A stretch of DNA of 64,000 nt, taken from NCBI RefSeq assembly GCF_006345805.1, contig NC_043003.1, positions 94,364,001 to 94,428,000 of the forward strand, written 5' to 3'. A model generated the notes under the pieces. It was not told where the DNA came from. It saw only the letters and a program-made list of their open reading frames with translations, and did not search any database. A program made the position numbers and the translations under genes. Shown here one piece after another: positions 13,099 to 25,766 of the stretch (its first letter is position 1; the number at the start of each line of letters is the position of its first letter). This DNA comes from Octopus sinensis (taxonomy: Eukaryota).

Positions 13099-13237
13099 TA
13101 ATTGATTGAATTGAAAGAGTTTGTTCATTGCGCTTATCTTACAGTTCCTACGGGTGTTTAGACAACCGTTTCTGACATGAGGTATTTTATATTCAGAACT
13201 TGAATATATATAAAATATAATGGTACTGGAAGAGTAC

Positions 13238-13496
13238 CAGCTTTGCTAGAGATAGAAGTCAAATGACTTCGGAAGCTACAGAGAGCTCACTTTACGAACA
13301 AGCATGGTGAAAATCGGGCAAGGAATAAAAATTAGGCTCCTCTCTTTGCGAAGGCTGCAGAAGAAATAGAAGATAGCTTAATACCGATTTCGGGCTCTGA
13401 ATTAAACTTTCTTATCCCATCTTCAGTTAAGCTTACCGGGAGAGAAGTCAAATTTAAACTTCCGGGGTCATTTGACGTCTATCTTTAGCAAAGCTG
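13238..13496. mobile_element. 259-bp MITE
   Basis: cagctttgctagagatagaagtcaaatgac at 13238 versus gtcatttgacgtctatctttagcaaagctg ending at 13496: 28 of 30 positions match as an inverted repeat, and the match continues inward through cggaag. No clear TSD. Confidence 0.8.
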
Positions 13497-13611
13497 TTTT
13501 CTCCTAGCACCATCATACTTTTTAAACTTGCCTGCACGGTTCAGGCTTTGAATAGCCACTAATATTAATAATTTTATTATTAATAATATACTTGTATATT
13601 ATTGTCAATAA

Positions 13612-13995
13612 AAGGCGGCGAGCTGCCGGGCGAAATGCTTAGCGGTATTTCGTATGTCTTCTACTACAGCCTCGGGCCGACCAAAGCCTTGTGAGTGAAT
13701 TTGGTGGATGGAAACTCAAAGTATCCAGCCGTATGTACATATATATATATATGGGGGATTGTGTGTCTTTTTGTCTGTGTTTGTCGCTCAGTACTGCACT
13801 TGGGAACCGGTGTTGGTGTGTTTACGTCACCGTAACTTTAGCGGTTCGACAGGAGAGACCCATAGAATAAGTACCAGGCTTAACTACAGATAAATACTGG
13901 GGTCGATTCATTCGATTAAAAATTCTTGAAAGCGGTGTCCCAGCATGCCCGCATCCTAGAGACTTAAACAAGTGGTAGAGTAAAGATGAAAGATT
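13612..13995 (+). mobile_element. SINE(s), chimeric/nested
   Basis: aaggcggcgagctgccgggcgaaatgcttagcggtatttcg joined to cctcgggccgaccaaagccttgtgag...ccgtaactttagcggttcg...gaaagcggtgtcccagcatg. Confidence 0.75.
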
Positions 13996-16731
13996 AAAGT
14001 ATGTGATCCTGAATTTCTGCCCCCCACCCTTGCAGTCAGAAGGATTGCCATGCCTATTCGATCAGGGTTGAGCTGGAGCTAAATAATAGCAACCAGCTAT
14101 CGAACAATTTAGGTAAAAAGTAATAGAAAATCATTCAAACAAAGATTGGATTTTTGTTCTTTAATAATTCATAGCTCGGTCACCAAGTTTAATAATAGCA
14201 AAAGGTTGTCTGCAAGAAGCTAAATAAGAAACTAACCAGCATGCTGTCAACGGTAATCAATATCTTTATTTAATTCTTTAACATTAAACGCCTTTTCACC
14301 TATGAACGAAATTTTCACTTTCAGTAGAATTTTATCGTTTATTGAATTTGTTTGACTTGAAACATATATAAAAACAGTCAGTCGTCTGTTACTGTTCTCA
14401 TTTACCTTCGAAAGATGATAATCTGTGAATAACTAACAATCTGTTATTTTCACACTCTTTGTAAACTAATGGGCAAAGTCAAATAAGATGTCACACAAAT
14501 TGACAGTTAATTTTATCACCTAAACAGTACTTTAAAACACAGTTTGTTACCTAATGCCAGCTGTTTAACAGATGTATTTATTGAGACATCATCAATTCGA
14601 CAAATGGCACTTTACTTCGGAATGCCATTGTTTACTGCAGTAATTTGGTGTCTGAAATGGGAAAGCAATAGTGTAAACGCAATTAAGAATCTTCATCAGA
14701 GTGCAACACAGATTACTTAGTCCCTTTAATGTTTTCATGAAAGAGATGTTGGACAATAGTAATAATTGTGCTGCTGTTCGTGTTGCAGTCGTTTTTAAGC
14801 ACGGGTAAACCCCGATCAAACAGACAGACTGTACCTATGTACAATATCAATTGTCTAGGTACGATCCATAAATCTATTATTTTATATATATTACATTCCT
14901 TCACCTAGATGGCCACTCTAAGCAGTTCAGTATGTGTTAAACCGACCGTGTTGTTTTTTTTTAATCTTCTGCCCTTATCGCCTTCCTCACTTCTAACTGC
15001 CAGTAAAATGTGGGTCTCAGTATGCCTATGATCAAAAGCGTTTCTATATTTTCTTTCCAAACATAATATATTTGGAACTGCATTATTTAATGTGCCGATC
15101 ATCACTTACGAAAGTAGCGCATGATATTCTGAACATTTTGTTACTATTACTGAATTCTACAGGATACACACTACTGCGACGATGTGACTTAGCAAGCTTC
15201 TTACCACACAACCACTTCTGTTTCCCTCCCCCCACCCCGTGGTCTTTTAAGCTTCTGTGTCTTTCTCAAGGTTCTAATAGCACAGAAATGAAATATTTTC
15301 GATCAAGTGCTGAAATCGGTTTTGTAGATTTTAAACCGAAGCTATGGCCTCCAGGGACCTATTTCTGACGTAACAAGGGATTTTGTGAGATCTTCTATTT
15401 TCTCAAGTATCGAAAGCCTCACTTGTTTTCCTCTAATTCAGTTAGTACCCAAGAGCTCCGAAGCTTTTTATAATGATTTCTATTATTCCAATGGAAAATA
15501 TGTAAGTGGATACAATGGATGTTATTTGATAAAACAAAAAGATGAAACTTGCTTTGATAGTTACGTATTATATATCATTACTATCGAGCAGAAAGTGTTA
15601 TGATCCGACAGCATGACAAAACAGAATGGCAATTAATAGATGTATTTGGATGATATGCCAGTCACACCATAAAATAAACAATAGAGCAATACCGTTTGCT
15701 GATAATGGAATGTTCATATGGACACAAAAGAATACGTTCAGAAAGATAAGAAAAAAAATATTGTTATTTGGTTTCGTTTAGCCATTACAACGAACCCCAT
15801 GCTAAGACACCATTTTTATATAACAGCGTTTTGAACGAAAAAATCTTTACTGCCACTGAATCAGGACCGATTGTCGTTAGATTGTAAAACGACAAGCTGT
15901 ATAATCCCATTAAAGGCCATCGCTGATACCGTTGCCTACATATCATACACCTAGGTCAAAACAGTCTAACCTTTATTAAGCAACACTCGCGGCAAGAGCT
16001 TAACTCATCACAGTTAATCGATGGCGATACAAAACATCATCTGTTTGACTGATATACCTGTACAGTATTGATTTAGCCAGCTTCAACGGCCATATCTTTT
16101 ATCACCTTTCTGAAATTGCCATTAATGGTTACCGTTGTATTGACAAACCGGCGACGGCGCCAATATCGAGTCGTTCGATAAGCTAGAAACGCCAACCTGA
16201 TCTTCACATATTATTTCCATCGAGCGTAAATGTGGAATAATGTGTTGTACTTCATAGTCACAAACTCGCAAAAAAAAAGCGTGATGGTCACGGATTGACA
16301 GCCTTTGATCCGAAGTTTGCCCCATAAGATTTGACCCTGGGTTAAACAAAGATAATAATAACTATTTGAACTCATTCAAATACTTAAAAAGTGTAAATTT
16401 ATCAATAACACACAACGTATTTACTGAAGCTATATATTAAACATCCATTTATGGCTAAGGCCATTAATTATCGGATAAAAAACGTAGAGGACAAAAAAAT
16501 ATATACGATTGTTGATAATATTTCAATTACAATACGTTAAGAAATGTATATGCGCGTGTGCTTGTGCGAATGTGTGTATGTGCGTGTGTATATGTGTATG
16601 TTTGAATATGATTGAAGGCTCAGTGATTCATTCGCTCTTCACTATAGCAAGTTGTCTCCATTGTTAAGATACCCAACTCTTGACTCTCCTAACTATATAC
16701 CGATATATATATGTGTGTGTATATATATATG

Positions 16732-16774
<43 letters not shown>

Positions 16775-16782
16775 ATACACAC

Positions 16783-16815
<33 letters not shown>

Positions 16816-16816
16816 G

Positions 16817-16895
<79 letters not shown>

Positions 16896-17654
16896 GTGTA
16901 TATATATATATATATATATAATATATATATATATTATATATGTGTATATATATATATAGTATATATATATATATTTACACATATATATACACGACATATA
17001 TGTACACACACGACAGCTTCTTTCAGTTTCCGTATGCTATTCATATGCCTTTAGTTGGACCGGGACTATAATTGAAGACAGTGGAGCCTTAATCTCAGAA
17101 CCATATAGTTGGGAAGCAAAAAAACTTTCCAAACAGCTATGCATTCTCCTATTATGTAAATAATTTGCAGTTTATGTGTGTCGTTTGCAAAGAAATGTTT
17201 GTTTTTCACATCAATAGACGCAAATAGTAAAACAAAAGATAAACCTGCTTTGAATCATTACTTTTTCGAATGAATACAAATGAGAAAATATTAAACTGAA
17301 ATTATCATTTGAAAAATCAATACTATTTAATAATGAAATCCAAATATAATTTAGAATTACAGAAACGAAGAACAAAATAATACTTTTCATTTATTTTCGT
17401 AAAATATTACCAAGACGATTGAACAGCGTTTTACTAATGTTACTATTTGTCTGTAAATAACGTTGAATTCCAGAAGTCGAAGATGAGACTATTGTCCAAA
17501 TGTCTCTGACACTTAACTGTGCACAAAATCAGGCTTGGATAGGCTATTACGAGAAGCAAGCTGCATAAGACATGGATTATCATTAGATGGGCCGCACTGC
17601 TATATAAAAACATTCAAAGTAATTTTTCGCCTAGGCATGCCATTCAGAAAGGAT

Positions 17655-17680
17655 CGCGGTCTGCAGTTTGCCCATGACTG
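17655..17680 (-). mobile_element. Possible solo hAT/Charlie-type terminus
   Basis: Reverse complement CAGTCATGGGCAAACTGCAGACCGCG resembles Charlie-type TIRs and is flanked by ctctaaac. No partner end was found. Confidence 0.35.
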
Positions 17681-17769
17681 CTCTAAACACCTCAATCTGA
17701 CTGACTGTCAATTAGTGCTATGAAGAGGAAGTAAATTTACAAAGAAAGGGAATCTTGGGCCACATTTAT

Positions 17770-18248
17770 GCTCTTTTTAAAGATATCTACTCCCTGGAAA
17801 GAAGACGGGAGAGGTATGCAGTAATATATATCTGGAAGATCATGGAAGGAATTGTACCAAATTTTGGCATTGAAAGCTACACCAATGCCAGAACGGGACG
17901 ACACTGCATAGTGACACAGATCCCAGCAATGCCATCACGCTTCAGGATCAGTTACTGCAACAGCCTGGGTTTCAAGGGCCCACAGCTTTTTAATATTTTC
18001 CCAAAGAGTCTGGGGAACTTGCACAAAGTAGATGTAGCGGTTTTTAAATCAAAGCTGGACCTCTTCCTATCGAGAGTCCCAGATGAACCTACCTCACGGC
18101 AAGAGGTTCAAATGAGGGTAGCTATATCAAACTCCATTCTTCACCAAGTGCCACATATTAGAGGAGGCTCTCAGTAATAACAGTGTAGCAAAACGGCGGT
18201 GCATCGGCATGGCCGCAGCTCTGAGCTGAAAATAGAGAGAAAAAAAAT
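17770..18248 (+). mobile_element. 5'-truncated CR1-group LINE: ORF2 C-terminus and 3' end
   Basis: YSLERRRERYAVIYIWKIMEGIVPN...GPQLFNIFP...FKSKLDLFLSRVPDEP; stop at 18175-18177; short 3' UTR ending in an A-rich tail. Confidence 0.85.
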
Positions 18249-18446
18249 CAGGTGCCTAAGAGAAAATAATTAACTTATCGTCTTCTATGACAAATTGTAA
18301 ACAAAATTTTGTCATTCAGCATGCTTTCTACATTTACAATATTTGTAGTGGTGAGAGGATGAAAAGATTATCTGTAATTTGGAATTTCGTTCAAAGATTT
18401 CCGATATTTTGCAGAAATACAACAATGAAAGATGTAAACAAGCATC

Positions 18447-18478
<32 letters not shown>

Positions 18479-18740
18479 TGTATGTATGTATGTATGTATG
18501 TATGTATGCATGTATGTATGTATGTATGTATGTATGTATGTTGTATGTATGTATGTATGTATGTTGTATGTATGTATGTATGTATGTATGTATGTATGTA
18601 TGTATGTATGTGTATGTGTGTGTGTATGTATGTATTTACATTCTCCATTCGTCAACTGCTTGACAGACAGACACAGACACAGACTCACACACGCACACGC
18701 GAACGCACGCACGAACGCACGCACGCACGCACGAACGCAC
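18447..18740. repeat. (TATG)n array followed by (CA)/(GCAC) repeats
   Basis: Seen directly; it accounts for the YVCM/HTYI pseudo-ORFs. Confidence 0.98.
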
Positions 18741-20119
18741 GTATTTCAACAAAATCCAACTCATAATGAAGGCTATAATATAAGAATTGTCAAGGTGCTA
18801 CACTGTGATATCAAATCAGAACTTCATGGTTCTGAATCAAAATTTCATGATCAAATTTGCCATGCCTGCTCCCACTTTAATTGGGTTCCTTTCTAGTTAA
18901 AAAATACTTTGATTGATAATTAACAAGCTAATATTATTACTCTTGTGCTTATTCTTACTTGGTGCCAGACCAACCACAATCGAATAAACCTTTGATCATA
19001 GACATTTCATTCAAGAGCATATAATCTGTTTTTTTTCACGCCTAGATCCATATTATGCATGGGATCTTTCAATGTCCCCTCAAATATTTTTGCTCTGGAT
19101 GTGGGCAGGAATTTTCTTGGGTACAAATTTTGTCATTCATCGTAATGCATGGGCGCATCCAATTCTATCTTCAATTAAAAAAATCCGATTTCAATTTGCA
19201 AAACCTTGTATGCACAAATTTGTTTTCTGTGCGCCATTTGTTAAACTTGTAGGCACGCGTCAGTGCACACAAGGTGGTGATTTGAGACAGATTTGGTTGC
19301 TGTTTTTAACTGATCAAACGGCTAGCTTGAAGTTTCATTATTATGCAAGGAATAATATTGTGATAACTGGAATAATCTTGTGATAAAATGGTATCCTGCG
19401 ATCTGAATAATACCTCTTAAACGTCGAACTTCTGGAACGTTTTAGAACGTAGCAGATTATTCCAGCAAGTTCTAAATGTTGGGAAGATATAACAAAATGA
19501 AAACACAAACTGTATTTATATAACAGCTATACAGAGGCAGGCATAGCTGTATAATTAAAAATCTTGCTACAGGCGTAAGCATAGATACGTGATTAAGAAA
19601 TTCGCTTTGCAACCTAGTAGTTTCGGATTCAAACCCACTGCACTTTACCTTGAGCTAGCGTCTTCTATTATAACCACAGGCCGATCAATGATTTTTAATA
19701 GGATTTAGCAGATGGAAACTGTGTCGAAACCTGCCGTGTTTGTTTGTGTGTGTGTGTGAGAGAGAGAGTGAGAGAGAGAGAGAGCATGCGCACGTTTGTG
19801 CATGCGAGCGATCGTGTCTCTATGTGTATGTTCGTGTGTATTTGTTTCTGCCACAGTTTGACAATAGTTGCTGATTTGCTTACGTCGCTTCAATTTAGTT
19901 CCAAAGAATGATTATCAGACTTAAAAATATAGCGTCGAAGTTGATTTATTTGACTAAACACTTCCAGGTGGTACCCAGCATGGCGGCAATCTAATGACTG
20001 AAACAAATAAGAGACACAAAATAAGAAACACAAAAGCAAAGAAATTACTGGAGATGTTTTCACTAAAGAAAGACAAAAACGGCTATTCGTTGTTCTTCTG
20101 TTAATATTTATGAAGACAC

Positions 20120-20880
20120 TAAGGCTGCGAGCTGGCAGAAACGTTAGCACGCCAGGCGAAATGCTTAGCTGTATTTCGTCTGCCGCTACGTTCTGAGTTC
20201 AAATTCCGCCGAGATTGACTTTGCATTTCATCCTTTCGGGGTCGATCAATTAAGTACCAGTTACGCACTGGGGTCGATGTAATCGACTTAATCCGTTTGT
20301 CTGGCCTTGTTTTTCCTATCTGTGTTTAGCCACTTGTGGGTAGTAAAGAAATAGGTATTTCGTCTGCCGCTCCGTTCCGAGTTCAAATTCCGCCGAGGTC
20401 GACTTTGCGTTTCATCCTTCGGAGTCGATAAATTAAGTACTTGTGAAACACTGGTGGTCGATGTAATCGACTAGTCCCCTCACCCACAATTTCAGGCCTT
20501 CTGCCTACAGCAGAAAAGAATCGTTAGTACGCTAGGAAAATTGTTTTGTGGCATACTGAATACTAATTCAGCCGAGGTCGACTTTGCTTTTCATCGCTTT
20601 CGGGGTCGATAAAATAAGTACCAGCTGAGCGGTGGGGTCGATGTAATCGACTTAACTCGCTCTGAAATTGGTGGCCTTGTAACAAAATTCGAAATCAATA
20701 CTTCTGAAGGCATCAAGGCGATGAGCTGGGAGAATCTTTAGCACGCCGGACAAAATGTTTAACGACATTTCGTCCGGCTTCAGGTTCTGAGTTCAAATTC
20801 CGCCGAGGTCGACTTTAATTTTCATCTTTCGGAGTCGATAAAATAAGTACTAGTTGAGAACTAAGGTCGATGTAATTGAC
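20120..20880 (+). mobile_element. Tandem cluster of four or more SINE units; the first two form a dimer joined by a LINE-like tail
   Basis: Repeated gttctgagttcaaattccgccgaggtcgactttg...ggggtcgatgtaatcgact units, with linker ccgtttgtc...ctgtgtttagccacttgtgggtagtaaagaaatag at about 20292-20354. Confidence 0.9.
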
Positions 20881-20887
20881 TTATATA

Positions 20888-20929
<42 letters not shown>

Positions 20930-22307
20930 ACACACCACACACACACACACACACCTACACACACGAAATTGAAGGGTTTGAGCCAAAATTTGAAAACCAT
21001 ATTTCTGAAGGCGTTCCGCTATTCTCGTTCTTCATATATTTGTATAACGTAGAACGCTGACGCTAACATGCCAAGAGACCAGCCCCCAAGGCAGATGCTT
21101 CCATACTAAAATAACTCCGAAATGCTTTTTTTCTTCTTTTGCTTTCGTTTGGGAAGAATAGTTTTATGCAATCAACCGAGCAGCTTGACAATGAGCGGTT
21201 TCCAGTTCTATTGATATGGAAAAATCATGCAAACAGTTTCTTGAGTGCTTATTTAAAAGTTAATCATCTGAAAAACAAATATGTTTCCAGTATTGAAATA
21301 TTTTTATCTTGTTTCGTTTTCCTTTTATTTTTCCCGTTCGTCAATACAGACATGTATCATTTTATCCCGCAATCGCATTTAAATGTAAATTTCTATTGAA
21401 ATTGTTTCATGAAGTTTTTCTAATACAAGAAATAAAAAGAAACGTATAAGAGTTTAACTAAACTATCGTGCTTATTGTTCGCTAACTACCCCCTACTGGG
21501 AGCGAATATATCAGTACACAATGTATTAGCTCTGAATGTGCTTCGTAAGCGAAGAATTTAGAAGATATGTAATACATAAAAAGTGCTACTGGATCCATAC
21601 TTGATTTACGTATAAAGACTTTGGCTTAAACTTAATGTTAATATTAGTATGCGGTAAAAACGCTCTCATTGTACTGTTCTTTATTTACAGAATGATCGTA
21701 CTTCCGTTTAATCATGTCAGCTGTCAAAACAATTCATTCAAAGTAATTCTATTAGATATGCTGTTAAAAAAATTCATCTGTGAGAAATTCTTATTAACAT
21801 AAGAATAGGAAACGAGGTTAGAAAATATGACACTGAATCGACCAGATAGAGAACTGTTTTCGATGACAGTTTATATCCATGCTAAAGAATATTGTTGCTA
21901 ATTGTATAATGTCAAGTCTTAATTATTTTTACAAATTACTCCCACGTTTTTAAGAAGTATTTCTTTCTTTCTGCTTGACAGTTTCTTATACTTAGAATTT
22001 AGATTATACTAAGAAAGAAGAAACAATTATCGAGTACTACTGGAGATTAGTGCTACGTAATAAAGTGATTAAAACAACAAATGAAATTATAAGCTGATTA
22101 ACCAATGTGTTGAATTTCAGTCAATAATCCTACAAATAAAGAACATGATTAGCAGAAACATTTTACACCTCTCGCTAGTTAAACCTTATATTTTAGCAGA
22201 ATAAAAAGGAGAACAATATTTTATATAACAATGCCTTACCTTTAAACAAATATCAAATTGCTAGAATATAGCACAAGAGTATTCAAAGTCCCAGTCGCTG
22301 CCTTGAA

Positions 22308-22367
<60 letters not shown>

Positions 22368-22371
22368 CTCT

Positions 22372-23330
22372 TTTCTAGCTACGAGGATGGAAAAGTCATG
22401 AAAATAGGATGTAAATAAGGGAAAGTGGGAAGAAAACAAAAACATGAAAATTGATCAGAATTCCACAATAGGAGGAGTCACATTCAAGAGCAACCAAGGA
22501 CCCCCACCCTAACAATCCTGAATCAATTTGACTGTCAAAAACAACACAGTCCCTTTCCCACTAGCACTCACTAGCCTAGAGGCAGAAATTCAGAGCAGGC
22601 CCACAAACTAGGGCCATTATCGTGACTTACTTTATTTTTCACCAAATTAACTGAGTTGTGGGCAGCACTTACTCTTCACAGTCTTCCTTTCCAAGTGGAA
22701 CTTTATGAGAAGTTGGCTGAAGAAAAAAGTGTCTGTCCTTAGTCCTTTCAGTCTCTTCGACCACACATCTTTTTTAGCCATCTCTAACAGGCAGAGGAAA
22801 ACTCTCTACCTTTCTTGTCCAAACGAGAGCAGCTGGATTATCTTTACGACGGAATCGACTGATAAATTAATCCGTCCAACATGCGATAGCAGCTGTTCGA
22901 TAAGACCACAGCTCAGCAATGCAGTACAAAAGAATGACAGAGGGCTTCGTAGATCTGAGGGCATCTCGAGTAGATGCGGCTGATGTTACTTTATATTCAT
23001 GTAGGGTTTACCATAAATCGACAATGCGCTGGTAGAATGGCCAGGTATTACTGAAGATTATCGATAGACCCTGAACCGAAAGTACTCCGAAAAGGAATCA
23101 CCTAGTTGATCTTCTCGATACCCAGGGTTTCCTCGAGGATGTCGTTGTTCTTGCCCGTCACTTATCCACTATAGAACAGTGAAACTTCCACCGACGTCAT
23201 TTCCAAATTAGGCTCTTAATATTGAGTGGACTTTGTATTAGGTCATAGCCCACCATCAGACAGGGACAACCTGTGTTTTGCACAAACGACGGCGGGAGTT
23301 TGCGCAATTAACATTAGAGCCGAAACCTAC
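22372..23330 (-). mobile_element. Decayed L1/Tx1-type LINE ORF2 3' fragment with 3' UTR
   Basis: Minus-strand pieces FYSG*VTGKNNDILEETLG, FRSTFGSGSIDNLQ, degenerate knuckle SRCPQIYEALCHSFVLHC, EQLLSHVGRI, VWSKRLKGL...KFHLERK. The last piece matches KYHLKRK in the fragment at 25457-25596. Confidence 0.65.
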
Positions 23331-23369
23331 CTGATTTAGTTGTAGCGCGTCCAGCGCATCATATCGCAC

Positions 23370-23401
<32 letters not shown>

Positions 23402-23447
23402 TCATACATATATGCGCGCACACACATACATGCACATACATGCGAAC

Positions 23448-23479
<32 letters not shown>

Positions 23480-23912
23480 TATATATATATACATATAAAC
23501 AATTCTGGAAACAACGTTCCGTTTTTTCATGTCAGGTCAATGAGAACAATTAATCAGTGCAAATATTGAATTCCGTACACAAATTTAGTTATCATCGATT
23601 AAATGTATGAAATGGGTTTCAATCAGTAATAGTAGACAACCGGACGAGGTGATCGACAGTACCTATTTCTGTCTCTCTATCAACCAAATATAAATGCTGA
23701 TAAGATCAATCAATTCGTTTGAGAGTTCGCTCAAAATCCTTGGGGCGAAATTGTTGGCCTCTGGCTTCGTCAAAAGAAGTTATTAAATTCAAATAATTAC
23801 TCTTTAATGGAGCAGCATAACACTTAAAAATGAATGTTCTGGAGCGTTGATGATATAGTGTGAGGAGAAATCACTTGGTTATACAAGTTTTTCAAAGAAA
23901 TCAATAATTAAA

Positions 23913-23955
<43 letters not shown>

Positions 23956-24879
23956 CGATGCAAAACTTGAAGTATTGTTAATATAGAAAAGCCTTGTTTT
24001 CAGATAACAAAACTGAGAAATATCAAAAACCAAATTTTATATAAGATACAAGTTTAAAATGTTTGTGAAATAGAAAGAAAAACAAAATTAACCAAGGCCC
24101 CAATTCCTGTCTCTCCTACTTCGTATTCATCCCTCTCCCTTTCTTTCTTTTTCTCCCTTCTTCCCCCTCTCTCTCTCCTTTAGAATTTCTCTCTCTCTCC
24201 TCCCGCCGTTTCTCTCCTGACTTACTCTCTTAATTTTTCCCACTTAATTCCTTATATTCTTTGTTTCTAACGTTACTTTTAGTTTTAAACTTTTGTTTCA
24301 TTTTTCAGCTTTCATTTTCCAGTCTTCCTATAGAATTAATGGTTATAGCTTAGAGGCAGAAAGAAATATTTTACATTACAATATAGGGAAAATATTAAAA
24401 TACTGAAATATAGAAAATAAACTCCTAAACTTTATAATTCTCTCTGAACATGAGAAAACTGAAACCATTCAAAACTTTGCATTAGGTTATTTGATTCCAC
24501 AAGCAATTCTTTTTCATTTTTTCATTTCTAGATTGTTTTAGTTTTAAGCGAGAGTTCAAAAAAGGGGGCTGTTAACAACTACTTAAATGTATAGTAATTT
24601 GTATCCTATCGCAAGTAATACGCCGTGTCACAAAACATGGTTAAAAACCGATGGAGGAACTTCTAAATATTCATTGTTTGAACTTCGAGAAGTAGCAGCA
24701 GATTTGCTCGAATTCTTTACGAATTAGATGCAGTCCTTTTTAATTTCCACTCTTTTCCTCCATCCATATCAGTCGTTGGCAAACTTCATTTGGCAAATAC
24801 GACGCTTGATATTTTGAAGTATCGTAAGCAACTTAACAAAACGTGCTATTGTAAAGTCCTGCATGGTGCAGTCATCTTT

Positions 24880-25075
24880 TACTGCCTATCCATTACCAGC
24901 GCCACCCCCGAGGCTACGTGTATGTTGACAATATAGTTATACCGAAAATGGGAAAGAAGCTGCTCAAGTGCCATGAAGCTGGATGTTAGGTGAGACTGTT
25001 GCAAGGAGTCTACTCGAGGAAGAGGAATGAGAAGCATGTGCATTAAAGTGCCAGACAACAAAAGCAAACTACCAG
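24880..25075 (-). pseudogene. Possible LINE AP-endonuclease remnant
   Basis: The minus frame VVWHFNAH resembles VVGDFNAH; the rest is heavily decayed. Confidence 0.3.
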
Positions 25076-25123
25076 ACTATTGTTAGAACTTTTCCTTAAC
25101 CGATTAAGAAGATAGCTAGATAT

Positions 25124-25593
25124 GTTTCTTTATTAGCCACACAGGGCTGCACACAGACGGGACAAATTACAAGGTAGAGCTTTTCTTTTGGGGGATAAAA
25201 AAGGGGGGTGGGTTTCGATCAAAACCCTATCGTAAAATGAAAGAAAGATGAAAGCAAAAAAAAAAGAAAAAAGAGAAAATCGATCAATAGGGATCGTTAT
25301 CACAGAAATGTCAATATAGAGTGTAAAGGGGAAGACAGCTGAGGTTTGCCCGTGGAATGAAAAGCCTACGGAAAATACCACGGTAACCTCGGTCAATGAA
25401 GTCACATGTTATATGTTTTTACAAATAAGTAACTCTCTGTATTAAATTTTTACTGTTCATAGGATCATACTCAAGGTGGCTTCGTCATTTATACGTGCCA
25501 TCCTCGCTACATTCACCCATCTTTTTCTAAAACATTCACTAGACAACACTTGCCTCTCTACTCTCACTTTCCTTTTCAAGTGATACTTGAAGA

Positions 25594-25596
<3 letters not shown>
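25124..25596 (-). mobile_element. Well-preserved 3' end of an L1/Tx1-type LINE (ORF2 C-terminus plus about 330-bp 3' UTR)
   Basis: FKYHLKRKVRVERQVLSSECFRKRWVNVARMARINDEATLSMIL* at 25596-25457; the 3' end reads gtcccgtctgtgtgcagccctgtgtggctaataaagaaaca. Confidence 0.75.
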
Positions 25597-25761
<165 letters not shown>

Positions 25762-25766
25762 AAATC

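Noticed and set aside
18790-18830. VLHCDIKS resembling a kinase catalytic loop
   Set aside because: No downstream N or DFG motif and no other kinase subdomains; a chance match in a frame opened by a microsatellite.
19072-19383. 103-aa ORF with a signal-peptide-like start
   Set aside because: No recognisable domain, splice context or paralog; the length is within chance expectation.
20120-20880. Regularly repeated motifs superficially like a CRISPR array
   Set aside because: The units are SINE monomers of 150-200 bp with no unique spacers, no cas genes, and a eukaryotic context.
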